Source: Felis catus (taxonomy: Eukaryota). From it: DNA of 64,000 nt. The notes beneath the pieces are model-generated. The model ran no database searches and was not told the origin of the DNA. It saw nothing but the letters and a program-made list of their open reading frames with translations. Positions 10,680-21,236 of the stretch are shown in pieces; the stretch's first letter is position 1, and each line of letters begins with the position of its first letter. Location: positions 45,448,001-45,512,000 of the forward strand of contig NC_058368.1 in assembly GCF_018350175.1 (NCBI RefSeq). Direction: 5' to 3'. Made by a program: the position numbers and the translations under genes.

Positions 10680-11325
10680 CCCCCTCACCCGCCCGGACTG
10701 GGACTATGAAACGGCTCCAGGTAGGGAGAGTCTCCGAATCTATCGCCAGGCTCTGTTGGCGGGTCTCAAGGGGGCAGGGAAACGGCCCACCAATTTGGCC
10801 AAGGTAAGGACCATAATTCAAGGAAAAGAGGAAAGCCCCGCAGCCTTTATGGAACGGCTTCTAGAGGGGTTTCGGATGTATACTCCATTTAACCCCGAGG
10901 CTCCAGAACATAAGGCTACCGTGGCCATGTCGTTCATAGATCAGGCAGCATCTGATATAAAAGGAAAGCTCCAACGGCTAGATGGGATTCAAACCTATGG
11001 GTTGCAGGAACTAGTTAGGGAGGCAGAAAAGGTATATAACAAGAGGGAAACTCCAGAAGAACAGGAGGCTAGGCTAGCAAAAGAGCAGGAAGCACAGGAG
11101 GAACGAAGAGATCGAAAGAGAGATAAACATCTAACAAAAATCCTGGCAGCTGTAGTGACAGAAAATAGAACAGGAAAGTCAGGGGAAACGAAGAGGCGGC
11201 CCAAAATAGAAAAAGACCAATGTGCCTATTGCAAAGAGCGCGGGCACTGAATCAAAGACTGCCCTAAGCGCCTTAGAGACTCAAAGAAATCTACCCCCAT
11301 ACTCACCTTGGGCGAAGAGAGAGAG

Positions 11326-11385
11326 TAGGGGCGTCAGGGCTCTGGAGCCCCCCCCGAGCCCCGGCTAACTTTATCTGTAGGGGGG
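11326..11385 (+). promoter_or_regulatory. gag-pol amber readthrough signal (TAG plus downstream pseudoknot-type element)
   Basis: TAG GGGCGTCA GGGCTCTGGAGCCCCCCCCGAGCCC...: in-frame amber codon, 8-nt spacer, then a GGGCTC/GAGCCC stem as in MLV-type readthrough. Confidence 0.8.
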
Positions 11386-14300
11386 CATCCCACCACCTTC
11401 CTGGTGGACACAGGAGCTCAGCACTCGGTCCTAACCAAGGCAAACGGGCCTCTGTCCTCTCGTACCTCTTGGGTTCAAGGAGCGACAGGAAGAAAAATTC
11501 ACAAATGGACTAACTACCGTACGGTTGATTTAGGGCAAGGGACAGTGACACACTCTTTTCTGGTAGTACCCGAATGCCCATACCCCCTTTTAGGACGAGA
11601 CCTCCTAACCAAGCTTGGAGTTCAGATCCATTTCTCCAAAGCGGGGGCCCAAGTGCTAAACCGGGATGGCCAGCCTATCCAAGTCTTAACTGTGTCCTTA
11701 CAAGACGAACACAGACTTTTTGAAACCCCGGTCACCACTAACCTCCTCGAAGCCTGGCTGCAGGACTTTCCCCAGGTCTGGGCAGAAACGGGAGGGCTTG
11801 GTCGAGCCAAATGCCAGGCCCCAATCATAATTGACCTAAAGCCCACGGCAATGCCTGTATCTATCAGGCAGTATCCTATGAGCAAGGAGGCTCATATGGG
11901 CATTCAGCCACACATTACCAGATTTCTAGAGCTTGGGGTCCTGCGACCTTGCCGCTCACCTTGGAATACCCCTCTCTTACCAGTGAAAAAACCTGGTACT
12001 CGAGACTACAGGCCCGTCCAAGACTTAAGGGAAGTCAACAAAAGGACTATGGATATCCATCCTACGGTCCCCAATCCCTATAACTTGCTCAGCACCCTGA
12101 GCCCAGACCGCACCTGGTACACAGTACTGGACCTAAAAGATGCATTCTTTTGCTTACCCTTGGCCCCCCAGAGCCAGGAACTGTTTGCTTTCGAATGGAG
12201 GGACCCTGAAAGAGGAATCTCAGGCCAATTAACCTGGACCCGCTTACCCCAAGGGTTCAAAAACTCCCCCACTCTCTTTGATGAGGCTCTCCACAGGGAC
12301 CTAACTGACTTCCGGACTCAACACCCAGAAGTAACTCTACTCCAATATGTGGATGACCTTCTTCTGGCCGCCCCCACAAAGGAAGCCTGCATACGAGGTA
12401 CCAAACATCTGCTTCGGGAATTGGGAGACAAAGGATACCGGGCATCCGCCAAGAAGGCCCAGATTTGCCAAACCAAGGTAACCTACCTGGGGTACATACT
12501 GAGTGAGGGGAAAAGATGGCTCACCCCTGGGCGAATAGAAACTGTGGCTCGCATTCCGCCGCCCCAGAACCCCAGAGAGGTACGTGAATTCCTGGGAACT
12601 GCTGGGTTCTGTCGCTTATGGATACCTGGGTTCGCTGAGCTAGCCGCCCCCCTCTATGCCCTCACGAAAGAGAGTGCACCCTTCACCTGGCAGGAAAAAC
12701 ATCAGTCAGCCTTTGAGGCCCTAAAAGAGGCCCTCCTCTCCGCCCCGGCTCTCGGGTTGCCAGACACCTCCAAGCCCTTTACCCTCTTCATAGACGAGAA
12801 ACGAGGAATTGCCAAAGGAGTTCTAACCCAAAAATTAGGGCCCTGGAAGAGGCCAGTAGCATACCTGTCCAAAAAGTTGGACCCTGTGGCAGCGGGGTGG
12901 CCCCCATGTCTTCGTATCATGGCAGCCACTGCTATGCTGGTCAAGGACTCTGCCAAATTAACCCTTGGACAGCCACTAACTGTTATCACCCCGCATGCTT
13001 TAGAGGCCATAGTGCGGCAGCCACCGGACCGATGGATAACCAACGCACGCCTAACCCACTACCAGGCCCTCCTACTGGACACGGACCGCGTCCAATTTGG
13101 ACCTCCGGTTACCTTGAACCCTGCCACGTTGCTACCGGCACCGGAAGACCAACAGAGCGCACACGATTGCCGGCAAGTACTGGCTGAGACCCATGGGACA
13201 CGGGAAGACCTTAAAGATCAAGAGCTCCCAGATGCGGATCACTCTTGGTATACGGACGGGAGCAGTTACATCGACTCAGGTACCCGGAGGGCGGGAGCGG
13301 CGGTAGTAGATGGCCACCACATCATATGGGCACAATCACTACCTCCTGGCACGTCTGCACAAAAGGCCGAGCTGATAGCGCTCACCAAGGCCCTAGAACT
13401 ATCCGAAGGGAAAAAGGCTAACATATACACAGATAGCCGATATGCCTTTGCAACGGCTCATACACACGGGAGTATTTATGAAAGAAGGGGCCTACTAACC
13501 TCAGAAGGCAAAGAAATTAAAAACAAAGCTGAAATAATTGCATTATTAAAGGCCCTTTTTCTTCCCCGAAAAGTAGCCATAATTCATTGCCCCGGGCATC
13601 AGAAAGGACAAGACCCAATTGCAACAGGAAATAGACAGGCAGACCAAGTAGCCAGGCAAGTCGCTGTGGCAGAAACGTTGACTTTGACCACAAAACTTGA
13701 AGAAACCAATCTTACGACCAACAAATATGCTTACACCCCAGAAGACCAGGAAGAGGCAAAGGCCATAGGGGCTATACTGAATCAGGACACTAAAGACTGG
13801 GAAAAAGAAGGAAAGATAGTCCTTCCCCGAAAGGAAGCCCTGGCAATGATCCAACAAATGCACGCCTGGACACATTTAAGTAATCAGAAGCTGAAGTCAC
13901 TGATTGAAAAAACTGACTTCTTAATCCCTAAGGCAGGCACCCTCATAGAACAGGTGACCTCCGCCTGTAAGGTCTGTCAACAGGTAAACGCTGGGGCTAC
14001 CCGAGTGCCAGAAGGAAAACGGACTCGTGGTAACCGCCCAGGAGTCTATTGGGAAATAGACTTTACTGAAGTAAAGCCTCACTATGCGGGGTATAAGTAC
14101 TTATTAGTGTTTGTAGACACCTTTTCAGGATGGGTAGAAGCCTACCCCACCCGACAAGAAACGGCACACGTGGTAGCCAAGAAGATTTTAGAAGAAATCT
14201 TCCCCAGATTTGGACTTCCCAAGGTAATCAGGTCAGATAACGGGCCGGCCTTCGTTTCCCAGGTAAGTCAGGGGCTCGCCAGGACACTGGGGATTAATTG

Positions 14301-14899
14301 GAAATTACACTGTGCATATAGGCCCCAGAGCTCAGGACAGGTAGAAAGAATGAATAGAACAATAACAGAGACCCTTACTAAATTGACCTTAGAGACTGGC
14401 TTAAAAGATTGGAGACGCCTCCTATCTCTGGCCTTGTTAAGAGCCAGAAATACACCCAACCGTTTCGGGCTCACCCCATATGAAATCCTTTATGGGGGAC
14501 CCCCCCCTTTTGTCAACCTTGCTCAATTCCTTCTCCCCCTCCGATCCTAAGACTGATTTACAAGCCCGACTAAAAGGGCTGCAAGCGGTGCAGGCCCAAA
14601 TCTGGACACCCCTGGCCGAACTGTATCGGCCAGGACATCCACAAACTAGCCACCCATTTCAGGTAGGAGACTCCGTGTACGTCCGGCGGCACCGCTCTCA
14701 AGGATTGGAGCCTCGTTGGAAGGGACCTTACATCGTCCTGCTGACCACGCCCACCGCCATAAAGGTTGACGGGATCGCCGCCTGGATTCACGCATCGCAC
14801 GCCAAGGCAGCCCCAAAAACCCCTGGACCAGAAACTCCCAAAACCTGGAAGCTCCGCCGTTCGGAGAACCCTCTTAAGATAAGACTCTCCCGTGTCTGA
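11329..14899 (+). pseudogene. pol: pol (protease-RT-RNase H-integrase), open to 14550 with a +1 frameshift at 14508-14511; IN C-terminal domain continues in the next frame to 14899
   Basis: [38 protein letters not shown]; RNase[42 protein letters not shown]; second frame LSTLLNSF...WKGPYIVLLTTPTAIKVDGIAAWIHASH...IRLSRV*. Confidence 0.95.
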
Positions 14900-14933
14900 C
14901 TGCTAATCCACCTTGTCCCTGTACTAACCCAAA

Positions 14934-15326
14934 ATGAAACTCCCAACAGGAATGGTCATTTTATGTAGCCTAATAATAGTTCGGGCAGGGTTTGACGACC
15001 CCCGCAAGGCTATCGCATTAGTACAAAAACAACATGGTAAACCCTGTGAATGCAGCGGAGGGCAGGTATCTGAGGCCCCACCGAACTCCATCCAACAGGT
15101 AATTTGCCCAGGCAAGACGGCCTACTTAATGACCAACCAAAAATGGAAATGCAGAGTCACTCCAAAAAATCTCACCCCTAGCGGGGGAGAACTCCAGAAC
15201 TGCCCCTGTAACACTTTCCAGGACTCGATGCACAGTTCTTGTTATACTGAATACCGGCAATGCAGGGCTTTCTTCCGTACCTCCTACCTCTCCTGGGACC
15301 CCTACTCACCCTCCTACTCATACTAA
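14934..15326 (+). CDS. env: Truncated soluble Env product, 130 aa (signal peptide + ~94 aa SU N-terminus + 18 frameshift residues)
   Basis: Open ORF from the native ATG (AAAATGA); hydrophobic signal MVILCSLIIVRA; 8 Cys in the mature part; no TM helix in frame. Confidence 0.6.
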   Translation: MKLPTGMVILCSLIIVRAGFDDPRKAIALVQKQHGKPCECSGGQVSEAPPNSIQQVICPGKTAYLMTNQKWKCRVTPKNLTPSGGELQNCPCNTFQDSMHSSCYTEYRQCRAFFRTSYLSWDPYSPSYSY

Positions 15327-15451
15327 CCATTGGGCCATGCGTTTTCGGTCGCCTCATGGCCTTCATTAATGATAGACTTAATGTTGTACATGCCATGGTG
15401 CTGGCTCAGCAATACCAAGCACTCAAAGCTGAGGAAGAAGCTCAGGATTGA
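14934..15451 (+). pseudogene. env: env (RD-114 type) with a large internal out-of-frame deletion at 15261-15268
   Basis: SU N-terminus up to YTEYRQCRA is joined directly to the TM anchor/cytoplasmic tail (QGFLPYLLPLLGPLL...AEEEAQD) in another frame; no furin site, fusion peptide, ISD or CX6CC present. Confidence 0.95.
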
Positions 15452-15462
15452 GCTTCCGGGAC

Positions 15463-15477
15463 AAAAGCAGGGGGGAA
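15463..15477 (+). other. Polypurine tract
   Basis: AAAAGCAGGGGGGAA immediately before the TG of the 3' LTR. Confidence 0.9.
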
Positions 15478-15912
15478 TGAGAAGTCAGAACCCCCACCTT
15501 TTGCTACATAAATAACCGCTTTCATTCCGCTTCTGTAAAACTGCTTATGCGCCCCACCCTAGTCGGAAAGTCCCCAGCCGCTACGCAACCCGGGCCCCAA
15601 GTTGCATCAGCCGCTTCGCAACCCGGGCTCCAAGTTGCATCAGCCGAAAGAAACTTCATTTCCCAAGCTTCCCCGGGACGAAATTACCCACAACCCCAAC
15701 CACCACCGAGCAGAGAGCCTATCGCCAGCCTGTATGCAAATGTAACTCAAAATGGTATAAAAGACCTGTAACCCCGTTTATCGAGGCTCTCCCGCTTTCC
15801 AACACTGGGGAGCCCTGGTGCACCAGTAAAGACTCTCTGCCGACGTCGGAGTGCCGTGTGGTTCTTTGCGCCAACTCTCATTCCATAGGGCTTAGGAGCT
15901 TGGCTCCTAACA
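15478..15912 (+). repeat. 3' LTR (435 bp)
   Basis: Directly follows the polypurine tract; no differences from the 5' LTR found on manual comparison; the same 74-aa shadow ORF appears in both copies. Confidence 0.97.
15825..15830 (+). terminator. Candidate non-canonical poly(A) signal AGTAAA in R of the 3' LTR (copy at 9347-9352)
   Basis: No AATAAA downstream of the TATA box in the LTR; AGTAAA lies ~65 nt after TATA and is followed by a GT-rich stretch (GTGCCGTGTGGTTCTTTG). Confidence 0.65.
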
Positions 15913-16849
15913 TTAGCATCATCTCTAAGTGTCTTTGCTGGGGTGTTAAACTGCATATTGATAAACTCTCCTTTAGTCAACTTTGTTTTCCACACATCTC
16001 TTGATTCAGCACCCTCACAGTCCAGTCTCACATGTATTTTTCTGGCACCTATGAATGCATGTTGGCTCTGGGAATACTCTGGCTAAGTTATATTCAACTT
16101 AACCTTATTTATTGGCTTAAATATTGAGAATAGTTTCTGAGAATAGGAAGCATTTCTTATCTTGAAAAGAAGAGGGATTTTCTTTGTCTTCCAGAAAGAG
16201 GATGCACTAGCCTTTAGCAGCAAAATGTATGGCATACTTGCAGAGAAATTAGATTCTCAGTAAACTCTGGAAATTTAAGATTTTCAAGTGAATCAACCAA
16301 GATGATCCCAATCCATGCCTTGTTCTCCCTCCCACTCCCCAATCAGGCCCCTGACTTTAGTGAGGCAGATGCCAGTACCAAGAATGTAAGCTTCTATGGA
16401 AGTCTGATTTTCCTTTGGTTGAGCTCCAGGACTAGTCTTCAGCTCTTTCTGCTGAGCGCAGGAGAGGAGAGTCCTTTATAGCTTTCAAGGGAGCCCTCTG
16501 CCTTTCTCCCTCCAGTTGTCTTCCTCCAAAGCATTTATTACAACATTTACCACAGCATTTATTGCAACAACTATCTGATTCCATTTTCTCTTTAAATAAG
16601 ATTTCTGCCCAATTCATTCAATTGCATGATATGTTGCCTCAGCCAGTGCATTTTCTTCTATCATTATGTGAGCTCAGTTCAGTGAAAATTCGAATTGTAT
16701 TGTGCCTACATAGTGAACTATGGACATAACTATGAATTATGACATTAGGACTCTGGGGACAGAGAACATGACACCTACAGCCAGTGATGGTGCCCTCATT
16801 GCCAACTGAATGACAATGATCTAGCTCCAAAATTCTAGTTTATTTAGGG

Positions 16850-17230
16850 TCTGTCCTGGCACTAACTTTTGTAGGTTAAGTTTCCTGGGAAGTAGACTCT
16901 GAGAAGGAGATTCATGCAAGAAGTTACCGGGGAATCTTTTTTAGGAAGAGTGCCTGTAAAGATACCTGAAAATGGGATTTGGAAGAGTGGAGAAGTTGAA
17001 GTCATTACAGAAGTCTTAGTTCCCCTGGGAACCCTGGATGATCATATGGAAGTACTCTAAGTTAGGGGAATCTGGACTTTTATACTCCACACTGAACAGT
17101 AATTGGATTCTGGCTGCTCCAGGAAGCAAGTGTAAGTTTGAGCAAGGCAGTGTTCTTCAGTTAAGGTAAACCACAAGTAGAGAAGTCAGCAGGGAGCCTT
17201 CAACCATCAACACCCTCAGGGGCTAGGACA
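16850..17230. mobile_element. Old ERVL-class solo LTR fragment (LTR16-like)
   Basis: Resembles remembered consensus (TTCCTGGGAAGTAGACTCTGAGAAGGAGATTCATGCAAGAAG); heavily diverged. Confidence 0.45.
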
Positions 17231-17776
17231 ATTACTTCTGCCACAACACATTACTATCAAAGGGCATAAATGACTCAGCAAGTTTCTTTCACTTCAAGCC
17301 CTGAACTACTGGAAGGGTAATGCTGTCCTTTATCACAAGGGCGTGGGATGTGAGAGCAGGCTTTTCTGCATGAAGATTGGGTATCATGTATGTGGCATGG
17401 TAGTAAATTATTTTTTTGAACTGTTGAAAGAAAGTGACAATTTCATTTCCTCCAAGGTAAAATCCTTTTTGTCTTTTTTCTTTTTCTTTTTTTTCTCCCT
17501 GGTTGACATTAAGGTGTTTCTCTGAAAAGATTTCCACAAATAGTCATGCAGAAGTTTGATTTAATTTGTTCAGACCCAGGAAAATTGTGCCTTTGGGAAA
17601 CTTATTTGGCAAGAACTATTTAGATTAATATCCTACACTGAAATTAGCTTCTGAAAGTGCAAAGTGATAGCCTGAACTACGTTCCAATAACTTTAGCATT
17701 TCATATTGAAATACAGACTATTTTCTAAATTAAACAATATGAAAATGGTTTAACAGGTACTAACAGTCAATTAGTA

Positions 17777-18104
17777 CAGTTGACCCTTGGACAATGTGGC
17801 AGCTGGGAGTGCTGACTCCCTGCACAGTTGAAAATTCATCTACAACTTTTGACTCCCCCAAAACTCAATAGTAATAGCCTACTACTGACTGGAAGCCTGA
17901 TCGATAACATTAAGAGTCATTGGACACATATTTTGTATAGTACATGTATCATATACTGTATTCATAAAGTAAGCTAGAGAAAAGAAAATGTTTATTAAGA
18001 AAGTCATAAGGAAGAGAAAACACATTTATACAGTATTTATTGAAAAAAATGTACATGTAAATAGACCCACACAGTTTAAATCGGTGTTGCTCAAGGGTCA
18101 ATTG
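17777..18104. mobile_element. Tigger-family (Tc1/mariner) non-autonomous DNA transposon
   Basis: Terminal inverted repeats CAGTTGACCCTTG ... CAAGGGTCAATTG flanked by TA on both sides. Confidence 0.88.
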
Positions 18105-18108
18105 TATA

Positions 18109-18219
18109 TTTTTTAAATTTTTTCAATGTTAAGTAAACTCTACTTGACACATGGGCCTGAACTCATGACCCCAAGATCAAGAGTCACATGCTCTCCCCAC
18201 TGAGCCAGCCAGGCATCCC
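18109..18219 (-). mobile_element. Short CanSINE
   Basis: GAACTCATGACCCCAAGATCAAGAGTCACATGCTC...TGAGCCAGCCAGGCATCCC; TSD TCAAGGGTCAA(T/C)TGTAT. Confidence 0.8.
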
Positions 18220-19984
18220 TCAAGGGTCAACTGTATTCATTAAAGGCTGTAACTGGAATCAAGTGAACTGAAGTGTTTAGTAGGAAGTTAAATATGATGT
18301 TGCAATGACAGATATCTGTAACATACTGAAAGTGACTACCATAAATACAAATTAAAAGTTATCCAAACATTTTATGTTTGGAAATACTAATACACTTTTT
18401 TCCAGCAAAGGACTCAAGATGAGTTTTGCAAAAATAAATAAAATAAAAAATGAACATGTTTTGTAATGTATATCACTAATCAATTGAAACACAGCCAAAT
18501 TCCAACTGATAAAAAAGGTAATATTCCTGTGATAAAATTATGAAAATTTTAAAATAATATTTTTATTTTTCAAACAGTACTTTTATACCATAAAACTCTC
18601 ATTATTTTCTTCAGTATTCTTACACAGTAGAAATATTTAATTGTATTTCTGGACAATACACACATAGTGAGATAAAATACTACATATCCATCAAAATCAC
18701 TATAATATGAAGACCTTACGATATCAAGTTTTGGTGAATATCTACAACAATAGGAACTTTCATATCCTGCTAGTGGGAATATAATTGCTATATCCTTTTG
18801 AAATTAGTTAGGCATCATATATTAATGGTGAAAATTTATAAGCCATATGAGCCCCAAAGTACACTCTTAGGGGTGGTCCCACAGAAGTGGGCATGTATGT
18901 GCACTAAGAGAAGTGTGCAAGGTTTATGAACATAATGAAAGCAGTCACACCAAGAATCACAGTCTATGATTTCTAGCATAGAACAATTCAGTGTATGAAT
19001 TTCAAAGATTGGAAGAATGCAGAACAATTACAGAAAGAAAAAAATGAACATAGAGTGGAACCCAAAACAAGCTTAAAATGAAAAATTTAAGATTTCTGAT
19101 ACAGTAAAAAGCAGCAGTTTGTAAGTATTTGAAGGATTATCAGAGTTTTAAATGATAGAATAGATGTAAAGCAAATCCAATAAACCACAAAACCCCTGTG
19201 CCTGATTTTAATCCTTATTATGGACTTTGCAAAATGCCCCTGCCTGACACCTGACCTCCATTTGGGCCCTTCCAGTCCATGAACCATGCTCTTGTAGCTC
19301 TGAACCCCAAACAGCTGATCACAACGTATTCTTAACAGGACTTGGGAAACACTGCAAGTAATTGTGACAGTTCTCCCTTCTGCAAAACCACATATCGGAC
19401 TCCTTGCTAGGAATTCATTAAGGAGAAGCTTTCTACATTTGAAAGTCAGTCTGAGCTAACTTTAGAGAGGAAGCAAAACATCATAGCAATCACCATATTA
19501 TATGTAACCCTTTCTCACAAGTCAGATAAGGAGCAGTCTGCAGCCCTTCCTAACCTATCTGGTTCCAGCATAAAAGTACTCTTTTCTATGGCTGTCTCAC
19601 CAAGCAAACTTGCCAAAGATTGGGCTGTCCACCTCACTTGCACCAATGTCACTTTGGCCAAGAATTATTTATCCTCTTCCAGAGGGACCTGAATATGACC
19701 TGGAGAGATTCCATTACCTGAAGGGAGAGTCAAGGGTAGGTGATGTTTGGGGCCCTAGAATCTAACTCATGGGAAATCAAGTTTTTTTCAGTTTTATAGA
19801 CCAAGACCAGCCAGTTGTTTGCTTGTAAATCTCAGGCAGATCTTATTACCGCAACATTCTGCTGGACCCTCATAACCACATTTGGGTTGTTCTATATTGG
19901 CTTCCCATAAAACTTTTACTGATTTGCACTTTGATTGAAAGCCATCGGTTTATATTGAAGTTTGCTCTAAAAAAACAGCTGTAT

Positions 19985-20210
19985 GGGGGCATCTGGGTGG
20001 CTCAGTCTGTTAAGCAGCCAACTTCTGCTCAGGTCATGGTCTCAAGGTTCATTGGTTCAAGCCCCGCATCTGGCTCTGTGCTGACAGTTCAGAGCTTGGA
20101 GCCTACTTTGGGTTCTGTGTCTCCCCCTCTCTCTCTGTTCCTCTCCCACTCATCTGTTTCTCCTTCTCTCCCTCTCAAAAATAAATAAACGTTAAAAAAG
20201 TTTAAAAAAA
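19985..20210 (+). mobile_element. CanSINE
   Basis: GGGGGCATCTGGGTGGCTCAG head, (CT)n, A tail. Confidence 0.92.
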
Positions 20211-20753
20211 AGTTGTATAAATTGCACTATAAAGATGATGACACTATTTCTCCTTCAATCACAGTTTCTTTTCCCCTCATATCCTCACTGCAATGAGGGC
20301 ATCTTGAGATTAATTTCCCTCTGTTGTAAGTAGAAGGAACAGCTTTAATATTTGTGAATAGTAGGATTTTTGTTTTGTCTTGTTTACTTGTCTCATAGAC
20401 ACAGTGATTTGGTTAACTGAAAGGTTTCTCTTTCTATGCTAGCTAGTAATCATAGATCGCAATCGATAGCTCATATACAATCATGGCTAGACAATAATGG
20501 CAGTCCCTGGTCTTTTTTTTCCAATATCTTTTAATCTATATATTTTTGTGTCCTCCTGCTTACAATTAAAGACATGCCACCCTCTTTATGAATTTCTGTA
20601 AGCCACTATCCTAAGAAAGGGAAAGAATAATTAAATAATATTCCTTTGTCCTTACATGTGTTTTTCATGCTCATTGCATTGTTTAAAAAATTAAAAATAA
20701 AACAAATCATATATCTTATAATTCAAAGTAGATTTAAATAGAAAAGAACTTCT

Positions 20754-20964
20754 GGGGCACCTGGGTGGCTCAGTCACTTAAAGGTCTTAGTTCAGCTCAG
20801 GTCCTGATCTCGCTTTTGGTCAGCAGGTTTGAGCCCTGCATTGGGCTCTGTGCTGACAGCTCTGAGCCTGGAGCCTGCTTTGGATTCTGTGTCTCCTTCT
20901 CTCTCCCTCCTCCTCTGCTCATGCTCTGTTTCTTTCTCAAAAATAAATAAACATTAATTTTTTT
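20754..20964 (+). mobile_element. CanSINE (first of a tandem pair)
   Basis: Typical head, body and tail. Confidence 0.92.
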
Positions 20965-20980
20965 AAATAGAAATGAACTT

Positions 20981-21150
20981 GGGGCACAGGGTGGCTCAGT
21001 CAGTTAAGCCTCTGACTTCAGCTCAGGTCATGATCTTGCACTCTGTGAGTTCGAGCCCCATGTCGGGCTCTGTGCTGACAGCTCAGAGCCTGGAGCCTGC
21101 TTTGGATTCTGTGTCTCCTTCTCTCTCTGCCCCTTGCCTCTCATGCTCTG

Positions 21151-21197
<47 letters not shown>

Positions 21198-21236
21198 AAT
21201 AAATAAACATTAAACATTTTTTAAATAAAAAAAGTA
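20981..21236 (+). mobile_element. CanSINE (second of a tandem pair)
   Basis: Typical head and body, long (CT)n, A tail. Confidence 0.92.

Larger units (their letters stand above)
9899..11328 (+). pseudogene. gag: gag, disrupted (frameshifting deletion ~10263, foreign insert ~10361-10679, nonsense codon 11248-11250); native amber stop at 11326-11328
   Basis: [21 protein letters not shown]... in one frame (9899-10315); PPPY, CA C-terminal half PLTRPDWDY...[16 protein letters not shown] (MHR) and [11 protein letters not shown] in another frame (ORF 10153-11250). Confidence 0.93.
9000..15912 (+). mobile_element. RD-114-related endogenous gammaretrovirus provirus, defective (LTR-PBS-psi-gag-pol-env-PPT-LTR), 6,913 bp
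   Basis: TG...CA-bounded 435-bp direct repeats at both ends; PBS, PPT, Gag ([20 protein letters not shown]), Pol (DTGA, YVDD, RNaseH, IN D-D-E). Env begins MKLPTGMVILCSLIIVRAGFDDPRKAIALVQKQHGKPCEC and ends QYQALKAEEEAQD, which I recognise as RD-114-type Env termini. Confidence 0.97.

Noticed and set aside
10273..10821. Several overlapping ORFs on both strands across the GC-rich cassette
   Set aside because: Stop codons are rare in very GC-rich DNA; these are shadow ORFs.
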